A DNA stretch of 64,000 nucleotides from an uncultured bacterium. GTDB lineage: Bacteria; Actinomycetota; Thermoleophilia; Solirubrobacterales; 70-9. The stretch is from the NCBI GenBank assembly GCA_963695215.1, contig OY968768.1, forward strand, positions 1,824,922-1,888,921, in the 5' to 3' direction. The position numbers were made by a program, and so were the translations under genes. Under the pieces are notes generated by a model. That model was not told the origin of the DNA and ran no database searches. It saw only the letters and a program-made list of their open reading frames with translations. Shown here piece by piece: positions 47,395 to 57,354 of the stretch. Position 1 is the stretch's first letter. The number at the start of each line of letters is the position of its first letter.

Positions 47395-48225
47395 GTGGGC
47401 GCGTACTCCGAGCAGATCGTCAGCGTCGACGGAATCGATACGTGGGTGCGCCGTAAGCCGGGGGAGGGAGTACCGATTCTCTTCTGGCATGGCAATCCGA
47501 CTGACGCCGACGATTGGCTGCCGTTCTTCGAAAGGGCAACCGCTCCCTGCATCGCCGCCGACATGCCGGGTTTCGGGCGATCCGCGAGGCCGCACCCGCG
47601 AGACTTCGCCTACACGATGGATTCTTACGCCCGATGGGGGGCGAGCCTCGTGCGGGAGCTCGGCCTGGACGTCTACGACTCGGTTGTCCACGATTGGGGC
47701 TCCATCGGCCTCCTCGCCGCAATCGACGATCCCGCCCGGCTTCGGCGCCTCGTGATCTTCAATTGTGTTCCCTTCGGCGTCGGCTATCGCTGGCATCCGG
47801 TCGCCAGGATCTGGCGCGCTCGAGGCTTGGGCGATCTCACCAGCGCACGTGCGGCGCCGCGGCTAGCGGAGGAGATCGCACTACGCCCCGCTCGCCCTGG
47901 CTGGCAGCCGATGCCGGCCGACTTCACCGAGCGATACCGGCGCAACTTGCGAAGGCGAGAGACCCGCGACGCGGTGGTGCGCCTCTATCGCTCGGCGGAT
48001 CCGGCCAAGCTCGACGAGGCCGGCGAGGGGCTCGCCTCGATCTCGGCACCGGCGCTCCTTCTCTGGGCTGCAGATGATCCGTATATACCTGCGCGTTACG
48101 GCCCGCGCTTGGCCCGCCGGTTCACGAGCGCTGAGCTCGTCCAAATCGAGAACGCCGGACACTGGCCATGGCTCGATCGCCCAGGGCTTGTCGATTCCGC
48201 ACTCGACTTCGCAGAAACCGAGTGA
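47395..48225 (+). CDS. alpha/beta-fold hydrolase (haloalkane dehalogenase/epoxide hydrolase-like)
   Basis: ILFWHGNPTDADDW, the nucleophile elbow VVHDWGSIG, and C-terminal NAGHWPW. GTG 47395 is chosen because the longer ORF (from 47215) would overlap nth. Confidence 0.7.
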   Translation: MGAYSEQIVSVDGIDTWVRRKPGEGVPILFWHGNPTDADDWLPFFERATAPCIAADMPGFGRSARPHPRDFAYTMDSYARWGASLVRELGLDVYDSVVHDWGSIGLLAAIDDPARLRRLVIFNCVPFGVGYRWHPVARIWRARGLGDLTSARAAPRLAEEIALRPARPGWQPMPADFTERYRRNLRRRETRDAVVRLYRSADPAKLDEAGEGLASISAPALLLWAADDPYIPARYGPRLARRFTSAELVQIENAGHWPWLDRPGLVDSALDFAETE

Positions 48226-48271
48226 CAATCGTTCCAAACTGCCAGTGGCCTTTTACAATTCCGCAATCTCC

Positions 48272-49042
48272 ATGCGGAATCTCGGAACGAAGATCAAGGA
48301 CTTCGCACCGCGAGGATGGCTCGACGCTGGGCTCCAGCTCGGACTCTTCTTCCTGGTGTACAACGGCTATCAGGTCGTTCGCGGGATCGTGGACGGAAAG
48401 GAAGCGCTTGCGATTGCCAACGCAGACCGCATCGTGGACTTCGAGCGCGCGACCGGAACGTTCTTCGAGCCCAACCTCCAGGCGTCGCTGATCCATCACA
48501 CCCGCTGGCTGATCGACTTCGCGAACTTCTGGTACGTCAATTCGCACTTCGTCATCACCACTCTGTTTTTGAGCTGGCTCTACTTCCGGCGCAACGAGCA
48601 CTTCTATTTCGTGCGCAACATGTTCATGGTCGCGATGCTCACCGCGCTCGTCCTCTACACCGTCTATCCGACCGCCCCGCCCCGCCTACTGAGCGGCTAC
48701 GGGTTCGTCGACACGATCGATGTATTCACCGGCTTGCCGCAGGACTCGGAAACCGCAGGGGCGCTCGTGAACCGCTACGCGGCGGTGCCGAGCATGCACA
48801 TCGCCTTCGCGCTGATGATCGCGGTGCCGGGTGTGGCATTGTCGCGACATGCCCTTGCGCGAGCGTGGTGGTCCGCATATCCCGTGGTGGTGTTTTTCGT
48901 GATCGTCAGCACGGGCAATCACTACTGGTTCGATGCCGCCGCCGGTGCGGCAGTCGCGTGCTTCGCAGCATTCTGCGCCCGCCAGCTCGCTCGTGCCCGA
49001 CCAGACCACTGGGCCTGGGAACCCGCACAGGTCACGGCTTGA
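48272..49042 (+). CDS. PAP2_3 / Aur1-like (inositol-phosphoryl-transferase-like) membrane protein
   Basis: Polytopic membrane protein with ..YTVYPTAPPRL..AAVPSMHIAFALM..STGNHYWFDAAAG (PSxH and NHYxxD motifs). It looks lower in GC. TGA 49040-49042 overlaps the next gene's TTG (TTGA). Confidence 0.6.
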   Translation: MRNLGTKIKDFAPRGWLDAGLQLGLFFLVYNGYQVVRGIVDGKEALAIANADRIVDFERATGTFFEPNLQASLIHHTRWLIDFANFWYVNSHFVITTLFLSWLYFRRNEHFYFVRNMFMVAMLTALVLYTVYPTAPPRLLSGYGFVDTIDVFTGLPQDSETAGALVNRYAAVPSMHIAFALMIAVPGVALSRHALARAWWSAYPVVVFFVIVSTGNHYWFDAAAGAAVACFAAFCARQLARARPDHWAWEPAQVTA

Positions 49043-49651
49043 GTCGCGCGGACGAGCGCAGCTCGCAAGCTTGGCGTTCTTATGCAAAGAGCCGACTGAT
49101 CGAGTCGCGCTTGACGCCGAATGCGATCTCGATGACGGGCCTTGCCGGGAACCTCCTGGCCGCAGGGCTCGATCTTTGGCGACCTGATCTTCCTCGGCGG
49201 GGTGGCCTTCATCCTCGGGTCGATCATGGACACGCTGGACGGCCGCTACTCGCGGATGTCTGGCAAGGGCACGCTCTTCGGTGCGTTTCTCGACTCGACC
49301 CTCGACCGGATCGAGGAGGGGATCGTCCTCACCGCAGTCGCCTGGCAGTTCGCCGAAGCAGGCGATTCGGACGCCGCGGCAGCGTGCGTCTTCGTTGTCC
49401 TCGGTTCGCTGATGGTCTCCTACACGCGGGCTCGTGCCGAGGCGCTCGGGGTCGAATGCAAAGTTGGCGTTGCCACCAGACCTGTACGCGTGGTGATTCT
49501 CTCGATCGGACTCGTGTTCGGAGCGGGCGAGATCATCGCCGACGTCGACCTTCTGCCCGCCTCGATCTACGTCATGGCGGCGCTCACCACCTTCACGGTG
49601 TTCCAGCGCGTCTGGCACGTGCGAGGCGAGCTAAAAGCTCAAGAGATGTAA
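49039..49651 (+). pseudogene. CDP-alcohol phosphatidyltransferase (PIP-synthase/PgsA-like), one frame change near 49160
   Basis: N-terminus SRLIESRLTPNAISMTGLAGNLLAAGL in one frame. Then FILGSIMDTLDGRYSRMSGKGTLFGAFLDSTLDRIEE, which is the D-x2-DG-x2-(A/S)R-x8-G-x3-D-x3-D motif, in the next frame. The length is 3n+1. Confidence 0.82.
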
Positions 49652-49776
49652 CTCAGGTGTAACCGGGCAGTGGGAGTGGCGTACATTCACTTCGCTACCC
49701 GCACCGCGAAAGCGCGCCTGTGCGCGCTTGAAGCCCGGCGTCAGAAGACCCGGCCGATCCAGGAGGATTTCGACGT

Positions 49777-50973
49777 ATGAGCACTAGCAACGGCGCGCCT
49801 GAGACGAACGGCGCCTCAAAGAACGGCACGCATTCCGACGACGGCAAGGTCCGTGTCGCGATTGTCGGCGTAGGCAACTGCGCAAACAGCTTCATCCAGG
49901 GCGTCGAGTACTACAAGAACGCCGACCCCAACGAGCAGGTTCCGGGCCTGATGCACGTCGATCTCGGCGGGTATCACGTCTCTGACATCGAGTTCGTGGC
50001 AGCCTTCGACATCGATTCTGAAAAGGTCGGCAAAGACCTCTCCGAGGCGATCTGGTCCGGCCAGAACAACACGATCAAGTTTGCCGACGTGCCCGAGATG
50101 GGCATCAAGGTCCAGCGCGGGATGACTCACGATGGCCTTGGCAAGTACCTGAAGCAGAAGATCACCAAGGCTCCGGGCGAGACCGCCGACATCATCGGCA
50201 CCCTCAAGCAGACCAAGGCGGACGTCCTGGTCTGCTACCTGCCCGTCGGTTCCGAAGCTGCCACCAAGTGGTACGTGGAGCAGGCGCTCCAGGCCGGCGT
50301 CGGCTTCGTCAACTGTCTGCCGGTCTTCATCGCCCGGCAGGACGACTGGGACAACCGCTTCAAGGAAGCCGGTCTTCCGATCATCGGCGACGACATCAAG
50401 TCGCAGGTCGGCGCGACCATCGTTCACCGTCAGCTCGCCAGGCTCTTCCATGAGCGTGGAGTCGAGCTTCAGCACACGTCGCAACTCAACGTAGGCGGGA
50501 ACATGGACTTCTTCAACATGCTCGAGCGCGAGCGCCTCGACTCGAAGAAGATCTCGAAGACCAACGCGGTCACCTCGGTCATGGGCACAGAGCTTCCCGC
50601 GGATGACGTCCACGTCGGTCCCTCGGACTACGTGCCGTGGCTGACCGACCGCAAATGGGCGCACATCCGCCTCGAGGGCAAGTCCTTCGGCGACGTGCCG
50701 CTGACGGTCGAGCTGAAGCTCGAGGTCTGGGACTCGCCGAACTCGGCGGGTGTCGTCATCGACGCTGTGCGTCTGATCAAGCTGGCGCTCAACAACGGCA
50801 TCGCCGGCCAGCTCGACGGCCCCTCTTCGTACCTCATGAAGTCGCCGCACACGCAGCGCCCCGATGATCAGGCACGCCTGCACACGGAGGAGTTCATCGC
50901 CGCGAACGCGCGTACGGCCGACGCCGCCAAGGCCGCGGAGGCCGCCGCGGCTGCAGTTGCCGCCGAGTCCTGA
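49777..50973 (+). CDS. ino1: myo-inositol-1-phosphate (inositol-3-phosphate) synthase
   Basis: Intact 398-aa ORF: [81 protein letters not shown]. An AGGAGGA RBS lies upstream. Confidence 0.93.
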   Translation: MSTSNGAPETNGASKNGTHSDDGKVRVAIVGVGNCANSFIQGVEYYKNADPNEQVPGLMHVDLGGYHVSDIEFVAAFDIDSEKVGKDLSEAIWSGQNNTIKFADVPEMGIKVQRGMTHDGLGKYLKQKITKAPGETADIIGTLKQTKADVLVCYLPVGSEAATKWYVEQALQAGVGFVNCLPVFIARQDDWDNRFKEAGLPIIGDDIKSQVGATIVHRQLARLFHERGVELQHTSQLNVGGNMDFFNMLERERLDSKKISKTNAVTSVMGTELPADDVHVGPSDYVPWLTDRKWAHIRLEGKSFGDVPLTVELKLEVWDSPNSAGVVIDAVRLIKLALNNGIAGQLDGPSSYLMKSPHTQRPDDQARLHTEEFIAANARTADAAKAAEAAAAAVAAES

Positions 50974-51018
50974 GCTTCGCCGGCTTGCCGGCATCCAACT
51001 CAGCGGGTAGCTGAGCCG

Positions 51019-51043
51019 AGAGCCCGCCATCGTGGCGGGCTCT
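51019..51043 (+). terminator. rho-independent-type terminator after ino1
   Basis: AGAGCCCGCC-atcgt-GGCGGGCTCT forms a perfect 10-bp stem with a 5-nt loop, followed by TTG. It begins 46 nt after the ino1 stop. Confidence 0.6.
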
Positions 51044-51069
51044 TTGCGTCCGGCTCCTATGCTGCGCGG

Positions 51070-52986
51070 GTGGGCAAGACCGCCGACCGCCTCAAGATCG
51101 CTCAGGTAACACCGCTCTCGTGGGGGCAGCGCCACGAGATCAACGAGTTCGTCGAGCGCACCTCAGCAGAACTGGCGGAGCGCGGCCATAAGGTGGTGAT
51201 AGCAGCGCCATCCAGCGCCCGCGGAGGCACCCGGGAGGCAAAGCGCCTCATCGAGTCCGCACGCGAGCGTCCCGAGGCTCTCTTCAACGGCGCCTGGCGT
51301 GGGGAGCGTGCGGGCGGCGGAGGCCCGCCCGTCCTCCCGGTTGGAACGGGCCTGGCCATGCCACGCGGCCCCCGGCCACGAGGCGCACCCATTCCGCTCG
51401 ACGTTTCGAAGGCGCTCGACTCGCTCCTCGGCGGGGTGAACTTCGACATCGTCCATGTGCACGATCCGTTCGCACCCAGCGCCGCTTCTGTGGCGCTTCG
51501 GCACTCGCGGTCCCTGAACGTCGGAAGTTTCCACGAGCCGTCCGAGCGGGTCCTCTCGACCCAGGTTGCTAGACCTCTCGTCGAGGTGTTCTTCGGCCGC
51601 CTCGATGCGCGGACGGCGAGCTGCGGCGAAACGGCGGCTCTGATGCGGCGGTTCTTCCCAGGCGGCTACGAGCTGGTTGCGCCGGGCGTCCGCGAGGTGC
51701 AGAGCTGGTGGCCCACGTCCGGGCGACCCGACGGCACGAGGCCCTTTCGCATCGCTTTCTGCCTCGAGGAGGAGCGTGGCGCACTGCGCCTGTTCATGCG
51801 AGCCCTGCGGCGCCTGCCCGAGGAGCTTGACTGGGAGGCCGCGGTCTGGATGCCCGATGGCGGTGACGTGCGGATGTCGAAGCGCATGCGCGAGCGAGTG
51901 CATCTCGTCGGCCCGCGCACCGTCGAGCCGGAGGCGCTGGTTGCCGGTGCGGATGCCATGTGTGTGGCGTCGGGCGGCCCCGACGTCGCGCCTGGCCTGG
52001 TCCGCGCGGCGCTTGGGTCGGGAACCGTGCCGGTGGCTTCGCAGCTGCCTCTTTACGACGAACTGGTTCGGGAGGGCGAGCTCGGCCTGCTCTTCCCGCC
52101 CGGTGACGCGATCACCCTCGCCGGCCAGCTCCAGCGCCTGATCGAGACGAATGGATTGCGGGACGGTTTTGCCGGGAACGCGCGCGGCACCAGCCGCGAC
52201 TGGGGCGCCGTTACCGATCAGATCGAGGAGATCTACGCGCGTCTCGCCGCACGCCGGCGCGATCCGCGGGGAGACCCCGCGGTGCGAAAGCGCATATCGC
52301 GCCGCAAGCAGATCGGCGTGGACCTTCACATGCATACGGACCATTCGCCCGACTGCGCCACACCCGTGCGCACCCTTCTGGAGACGGCGAGGGACCAGGG
52401 GCTTGGCGCCATCGCGATCACCGATCACAACGTTGTCTCCGGCGCGCTCGAGGCACGTGAGATCGCCGACGATGTGGGAATCAAGGTGATCGTCGCCGAA
52501 GAGGTCAAGACCGCTGAGCAGGGCGAGGTGATCGGGCTTTTCCTGGAGGAGAAGATCGAGCGCGGGATGACGATGGCGGAGACGATCTCCGAGATTCGCC
52601 GCCAAGGCGGTCTCGTCTACGTGCCGCACCCGTTCGACCGTCTCCACTCGGTCCCTGACTACGAGCACCTCTTGGACATGGTCGACGAGATCGACATCCT
52701 GGAGGTCTTCAATCCGCGCGTGACTCTCACGGCGTTCAACGAAGAGGCGGAGCGGTTCGCCACCAAGTACAGAATTGTTCCCGGCGCCGGGTCTGACTCG
52801 CACGTTGCGCAGGGGCTCGGCAGCGTGATGACCCGCGTCCATGACTTCGATGGCCCCGCCGAGTTTCTCGAGGCGATGCGGGACGCGGACATCGTCCGCA
52901 AGCACAAGAACCTCGTCTATGTCCAGGCGCTCAAGTTCATCCAGACCTCGGGCGGGCGAGGCGGAAAGAGTCTCGGCAAGGCCTGA
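51070..52986 (+). CDS. PimA-like GT4 glycosyltransferase fused to a C-terminal PHP phosphoesterase domain
   Basis: The N-terminal ~410 aa or so run parallel to PimA (LKIAQVTPLSW..GHKVVIAAPS..FDIVHVHDPFAPSAASVAL..VGSFHE..). The C-terminal ~220 aa or so are a PHP domain (VDLHMHTDHSPDC..AIAITDHNVVSGA..VIVAEEVKT..VYVPHPFD..GAGSDSH). It is an intact 638-aa ORF starting at GTG. Confidence 0.75.
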   Translation: MGKTADRLKIAQVTPLSWGQRHEINEFVERTSAELAERGHKVVIAAPSSARGGTREAKRLIESARERPEALFNGAWRGERAGGGGPPVLPVGTGLAMPRGPRPRGAPIPLDVSKALDSLLGGVNFDIVHVHDPFAPSAASVALRHSRSLNVGSFHEPSERVLSTQVARPLVEVFFGRLDARTASCGETAALMRRFFPGGYELVAPGVREVQSWWPTSGRPDGTRPFRIAFCLEEERGALRLFMRALRRLPEELDWEAAVWMPDGGDVRMSKRMRERVHLVGPRTVEPEALVAGADAMCVASGGPDVAPGLVRAALGSGTVPVASQLPLYDELVREGELGLLFPPGDAITLAGQLQRLIETNGLRDGFAGNARGTSRDWGAVTDQIEEIYARLAARRRDPRGDPAVRKRISRRKQIGVDLHMHTDHSPDCATPVRTLLETARDQGLGAIAITDHNVVSGALEAREIADDVGIKVIVAEEVKTAEQGEVIGLFLEEKIERGMTMAETISEIRRQGGLVYVPHPFDRLHSVPDYEHLLDMVDEIDILEVFNPRVTLTAFNEEAERFATKYRIVPGAGSDSHVAQGLGSVMTRVHDFDGPAEFLEAMRDADIVRKHKNLVYVQALKFIQTSGGRGGKSLGKA

Positions 52987-53644
52987 TGCAGGAAGGGGCT
53001 CCGGCAGGAGGCGGGCTGCCGTCCAAGAATCCCCCGGCAGTGCCCGTGACCGACGACGAGATTCAGGAGAAGTACCTTGAGCGCGCGATCCGCGAGCTGA
53101 ATGCGCTTACGCGCAGGCTCCAGGAGTGCTCCCACTGCCCGCGCGGCAACCTGATGCCCGTGCTGGGATCCGGTCATCCCCAGGCAGACGTGATGATGCT
53201 CAAGTACTCGCCGACGTCGGCTGAGATCGAAGAGGGCGTCGCCTTCTACGGTCGCGCGGGCAACGCGCTGATGAAGAGCTTCAAGCGGCTGGGCGTCGAT
53301 CCACTCACCGTTTACGGGACCCTTTGCGTCAAGTGCCCGATCTCCGACCCCGCGCTCGCCTCGGCGGAGTGCGTGGAGCGGATCGTCGAGGAGATCGCGA
53401 TCGTCGGACCCAGGCTGATCGTGGTGATGGGAGCGGAGGCTCTCGACGCCCTCAACGAGGTGGGAGTTCCGCTTGCGCGCCCACTCGAGAGAAGCCGGGC
53501 CAGATCCAGCCGTTCACGCCCACGATCGAGGCTCTCTACGTGCCGGATATCGACAACTCGATGGACTCAGAAGAGTCGAAGCGCGAGTTCTGGAAAGCGT
53601 TCCGCCAGCTGGGCGACTGGTACGCGGACCTTCCGCCGTACTGA
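52986..53644 (+). pseudogene. family-4-type uracil-DNA glycosylase, frame change near 53485
   Basis: CSHCPRGNLMPVLGSGHPQADVMMLKYSPT..GVAFYGRAGNALMKSFKRLG..TLCVKCP..IVVMGAEAL, then a frame change, then EKPGQIQPFTPTIEALYVPDID..FWKAFRQLGDWY. The ATG overlaps the upstream TGA (TGATG). Confidence 0.75.
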
Positions 53645-53654
53645 GCCACGCGGC

Positions 53655-53684
53655 GTGCCAGGCACCACGCCTGGAGCCTGGCAC
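53655..53684. terminator. stem-loop between convergent genes
   Basis: GTGCCAGG (53655-53662) pairs with CCTGGCAC (53677-53684). It lies between the UDG stop (53644) and the GH5 stop (53689). Confidence 0.35.
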
Positions 53685-53688
53685 CGGG

Positions 53689-55184
53689 TTACGGTGGCGT
53701 GACAGTGACGCTGACTTGCGTCGCGCTCTTGTCTCGTTTCAGCTTCAGGACGTGCGCTTTTCGCCGTGAGACGACCTTGGCGCCGGTTGCTTTGACCCCG
53801 TAGCCCTTCCGGTATTGGATCTTCGGAAGGAAGACCTCGGTGAGCTTTCTCCGGGGGACGGTCTGGCCCGCCGGATCGTTGACGCCGTAGGTGAGGTCGA
53901 AGGTTTTCGGTGTCGAGGTCGAAGCCGTAGGAGGTGGGGGTGCCCGCCACGGCGCGCGGATACGGGCGCGCGACGACCTTCAGCTTCTTGCGGTTCACGT
54001 TGTCGCCCTTGCGGAGCCTTCGTCGCATCGATGACGATGGATTGGACGCCCTCGGCGGCCTGGGTCGTGGGGTCGTCGCACTCGCAGTAGTGCCAGATCT
54101 GCCAGCCGACCATCTCGTCGTCGGCCATGCTCGACCAGGCGGTCGTTGGTCGCCTCGTCGTTGGTGGCGCTGAACTCGGTGAGCAGCGATGTGTCGCCGG
54201 TGGCGGCGATGTGGTCCTCCGCGTTCTGGAAAGGCAGACCTTCCTCGACACCGCACGCGTCGCCCTGCGCGGGAAGCGTTCCCGCGCCGAGGCCACCGGG
54301 CAGGCAGTAGTCGTGAAAGCTCAACCCGGCGTTTGGGTCGCCCGTGTCCGCCAGGGCGGTGTCGGCGCCAAAGTCGAAGACCACCCACGGCTCGTAGAAG
54401 GCAAGGGTGGTCTGGTCGACGCGCCGGATCTGATCGATGACCCTGAGATTGAAGGGGTCGAGGAGTTGCGCGTCGGCCACGGGACACCCCCCGGGGTTGG
54501 CACAGGTCGGCCCAAGGCGTGCCAGGGAATGGCTCGTTCAGGAGGTCGTAACCCATCACGTGGCGACGGTTGCGGAAGCGTTTTGCGACGGTACGTCCAC
54601 GCCTTCGCGTAGTGATCCTGAAGGCCGACGCCGTCAGGAGCCGGGTCGTTGGCCCAGAAGTGGTCGTAGGCGCGCCACAGGGCAATCATCGCGAAGTAGT
54701 TTGCGGGGAACCCGTTCTGCGGGGTCGCCGGCAGGCCGTCATCCTGCGACGGCCCAGTCCGGCCACCCCTCGCCCTGGAAGCGCTCGTTGTAGAGGTCCT
54801 GATGGAAGTCGAGCATCGAGAAGATGCCGTTTCGGGCGAGCACCGCTCTCTGAGACGGGCGATGCTGTCGAGGTACGGCTGGCTGATCTTGCCGGGCTTC
54901 GGCTCAACGCCCGCGTAGATGAGCCCGAGCCGGACGGTGTTGAAACCGGCTCGCTTCATGAAGCGAGCGTCCTCGGGGCCAAGGCCAGCATCCTCTGGCC
55001 GGTAGCTACCGACCTTCGAGACGAAGTTGACGCCGTGCAGGATCACCACCCGGCCCGAGCGATCGGTGATCCACCTGCCCTCGTGGGATAGCGGCCCACG
55101 CGGAACCGCGTGGGCCGCGGGCGCCAGCGCGAGCGCGGCAAGGAGAACGAGCGGGGCGGCGAACCTGCGCATCCGCGATTGCAC
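53689..55184 (-). pseudogene. GH5 endoglycoceramidase-like glycoside hydrolase, secreted, at least 4 frame changes
   Basis: Signal FAAPLVLLAALALAPAAHA, then RWITDRSGRVVILHGVNFVSK..GFNTVRLGLIYAGVEPKPG / DFHQDLYNERF.. / LWRAYDHFWANDPAPDGVGLQDHYAKAW / VMGYDLLNEPFPG / SLLTEFSATNDE / VVARPYPRAVAGTPTSYGFD / tail ..KLKRDKSATQVSVTVTPP*. Confidence 0.7.
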
Positions 55185-55186
55185 CG

Positions 55187-55971
55187 CTACGGGGCGGCCG
55201 CTTCGGCCAGGGCCGACATCGACTCGAGGTTCGCGCTTGCGAGCCCACGGCAGACGGTGACGTCGAGGGCATCGAAGGCGGCAAGCTCCGCCTGGGCCGA
55301 GGTCCGGTCGGCCTCGGCAACTCCGACGGTGCCCTCAGGCTCGCCGAGCCGATCGAAGTGATTTCGGTAGCCGGCGTGGAGGTCGCGGTAGAAGGATTCC
55401 TCCTTGGCGAGCCGCTCCTTTGCGTCATCGCCCACCGCCGTGCGCACGTAGCCCATCACGGGCGGCGCTTCGCGCCCCGCCTCTTGCGCTCCACGCTCGA
55501 CGTGCACACGCGCACCGGCGGCGAAACCCGGGGTCATCCAGTTGAAGAAGACGCCGTCGAACTCGGCGCCGGCAAGGCGCACATCTTTGGGCCCATCGCG
55601 GCCAGCACCAAACGGATGCCGGGGAGCGCCTCGCGCAAAGCGGGGAGGCCCTCCTTCATCGCCGTCAGCGGCTTTTTCGAAAAGCCGGCGCCGACGCCAA
55701 GCCACAGGCGCTCACGTGGGAGGCCGAGCGCCTCAACCTTGGCGGCGATCTCGTTCGGCTCATGGCGGTCGAGGGCGATGACGGCGACGCCGAGATCCAC
55801 GGAGTCGGCGCCTTCAGCGAAAGCGGCGAGCGTTTCCAGGCCGCTGGCCATCGGCGTGTCGTTGGACCACACCGAGCCGTACCCAAGCTCTTGGCAGCGT
55901 GCGGCGAGCGAACTTGCGATCTCCGGGTCGAGGCCTGCCGCGACGCCGAACGCTCTCGTCTTCTCCGCCAT
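55187..55971 (-). pseudogene. LLM-class (luciferase-like) F420-dependent oxidoreductase, frame change near 55590
   Basis: MAEKTRAFGVAAGLDPEIASSLAARCQELGYGSVWSNDTP..DLGVAVIALDRHEP..LWLGVGAGFSKKPL, then a frame change, then GAEFDGVFFNWMTPGFAAGARVHVE..GYVRTAVGDDAKERL. The length is 3n+2. Confidence 0.65.
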
Positions 55972-55981
55972 TGACCCGACC

Positions 55982-57335
55982 CTAACTGTCAACGCGCTCG
56001 AGGAGCGCCACGCACTCGACATGGGGCGTTTGCGGGAACATGTCGACAGGCCGGATGCGCTTCAGCCCGTACCCGGCTTCGACGAGCTGAGCTGCGTTCG
56101 GCGCGAGCGTCGTCGGGTTGCAGGAGACGTAGACGATGCGCTGCGCCTCGGCCTCGATGAGGCGGCGGACGATCTTCTTCGACAGGCCGGCCCGTGGCGG
56201 ATCGACCACGATCACACTCGGGCTTGCCGGCCTGCTCGACGAGCGGCCGGATGCCGAGCCGGGCGTCCGCCGCGACGAAGCGTGCGTTGCTGGATTCCGT
56301 TTCGCTTCGCGTTTCGCTCGGCGTCGACGATTGCCTCTGGCACCGACTCGATGCCCCACACCTCGCCGGCGCTGGATGCGAGCGAGAGGCCGATGGTGCC
56401 GATGCCGCAGTAGAGATCCCAAAGCTTTTCCGAGCCGGTGAGCTCGGCGTATTCGCCAGCGATGCCGTAGAGATTCTCGGCCATGTTCGTGTTGGTCTGG
56501 AAGAACGCGGGGTGAGAGATCTGGAAGCGGAGCCCGCCGAGCTCCTCCTCCAGGTACTCCTCGCCGAGAACTCCGGTTGGGCCGTCGGTGTTGCCGGACG
56601 GCCCATCGATCACGGTGTGGAGGTCGACCGGAGGGCGGGGAAACTCGGCCGCTGTGGTGACGAGCCGCGTCTGGACCTGGCCTGTCCGGACTCCTTCACG
56701 CACTACGAGATTGCGAAGAACGCCTCGCTCGTCGCCCTGCTCGTACGGCGGCAGGCCATTCTCGCGTGCCCAGGCTCGGACCTCGTTTCGCGCGGCGTTG
56801 TTGCGCTCGCTCGCCAGGTGGCAGTCGTCGACGTCCACAACCCGTTGCCAGTCGCCGCGGCGATGGAAGCCAAGCGCGGTCTCTCCGTCGGCGTCGCCGA
56901 ACGAGTACTCGAGCTTGTTGCGGTAGCGCCATTCTTCCTGCGCGGGGACGATCGGCTCCGTTTCGAAGCCGTCGAGGCCGCCCAGGCGGCGGAGCGCCTC
57001 GTCGACCTGTTCGGACTTCAGCTCCAGCTGGCGCTCGTACGGGAGTGCCCTGCCACGGAGCGCCGGGGCAGGGCTCGCCATCGTGGACGCAGGTGTCTGG
57101 GATGCGCTCCGCGCTGGGCTCGACGAGCTCAACCGTGGTCGCCTCGGCGTAGCCGCGCTTTGAGCGCGCGACGCGTGCTCGCACCGTGTCGCCGGGCAGG
57201 CCGCCGTTGACGAACACGACGAACCCGTCATCGCGCCGGGCGATGCCGCGACCGCCCTGGGCGATCGATTCGACAGTGAGAGTCGAGCTCCTCGCCCTTG
57301 TGGGGGCGAGCGCTTCGTGGGGCGGCGGTCGACAC
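55982..57335 (-). pseudogene. RumA/TrmA-family RNA (uracil-5-)-methyltransferase, at least 3 frame changes; start approximate
   Basis: TRAM-like N-terminus LTVESIAQGGRGIARRDDGFVVFVNGGLPGDTVRARV. SAM-MTase core EKLWDLYCGIGTIGLSLA..VWGIESVPEAIVDAERNAKRNGI. C-terminus VIVVDPPRAGLSKKIV..IVYVSCNPTTLAPNA..RIRPVDMFPQTPHVECVALLE. The pieces lie in different frames. Confidence 0.75.
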
Positions 57336-57354
57336 AGGCTTATGGTGGCACGGG

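Noticed and set aside
49816-52905. 439-aa and 580-aa minus-strand ORFs (49816-51135 and 51163-52905) opposite ino1 and the GT-PHP gene
   Set aside because: They are antisense to intact, motif-rich genes. Their translations are Arg/Leu/Val/Asp-rich with no recognisable domains. I treat them as GC-bias artefacts.
51070-52986. GT4-PHP fusion as MshA plus the missing MshA2 phosphatase of mycothiol synthesis
   Set aside because: It is attractive because ino1 is adjacent. However, the GT part aligns block-for-block with PimA as I recall it and lacks the MshA-type GGMNVY segment. I therefore favour the PI-phosphate/PimA reading. It remains a secondary possibility.
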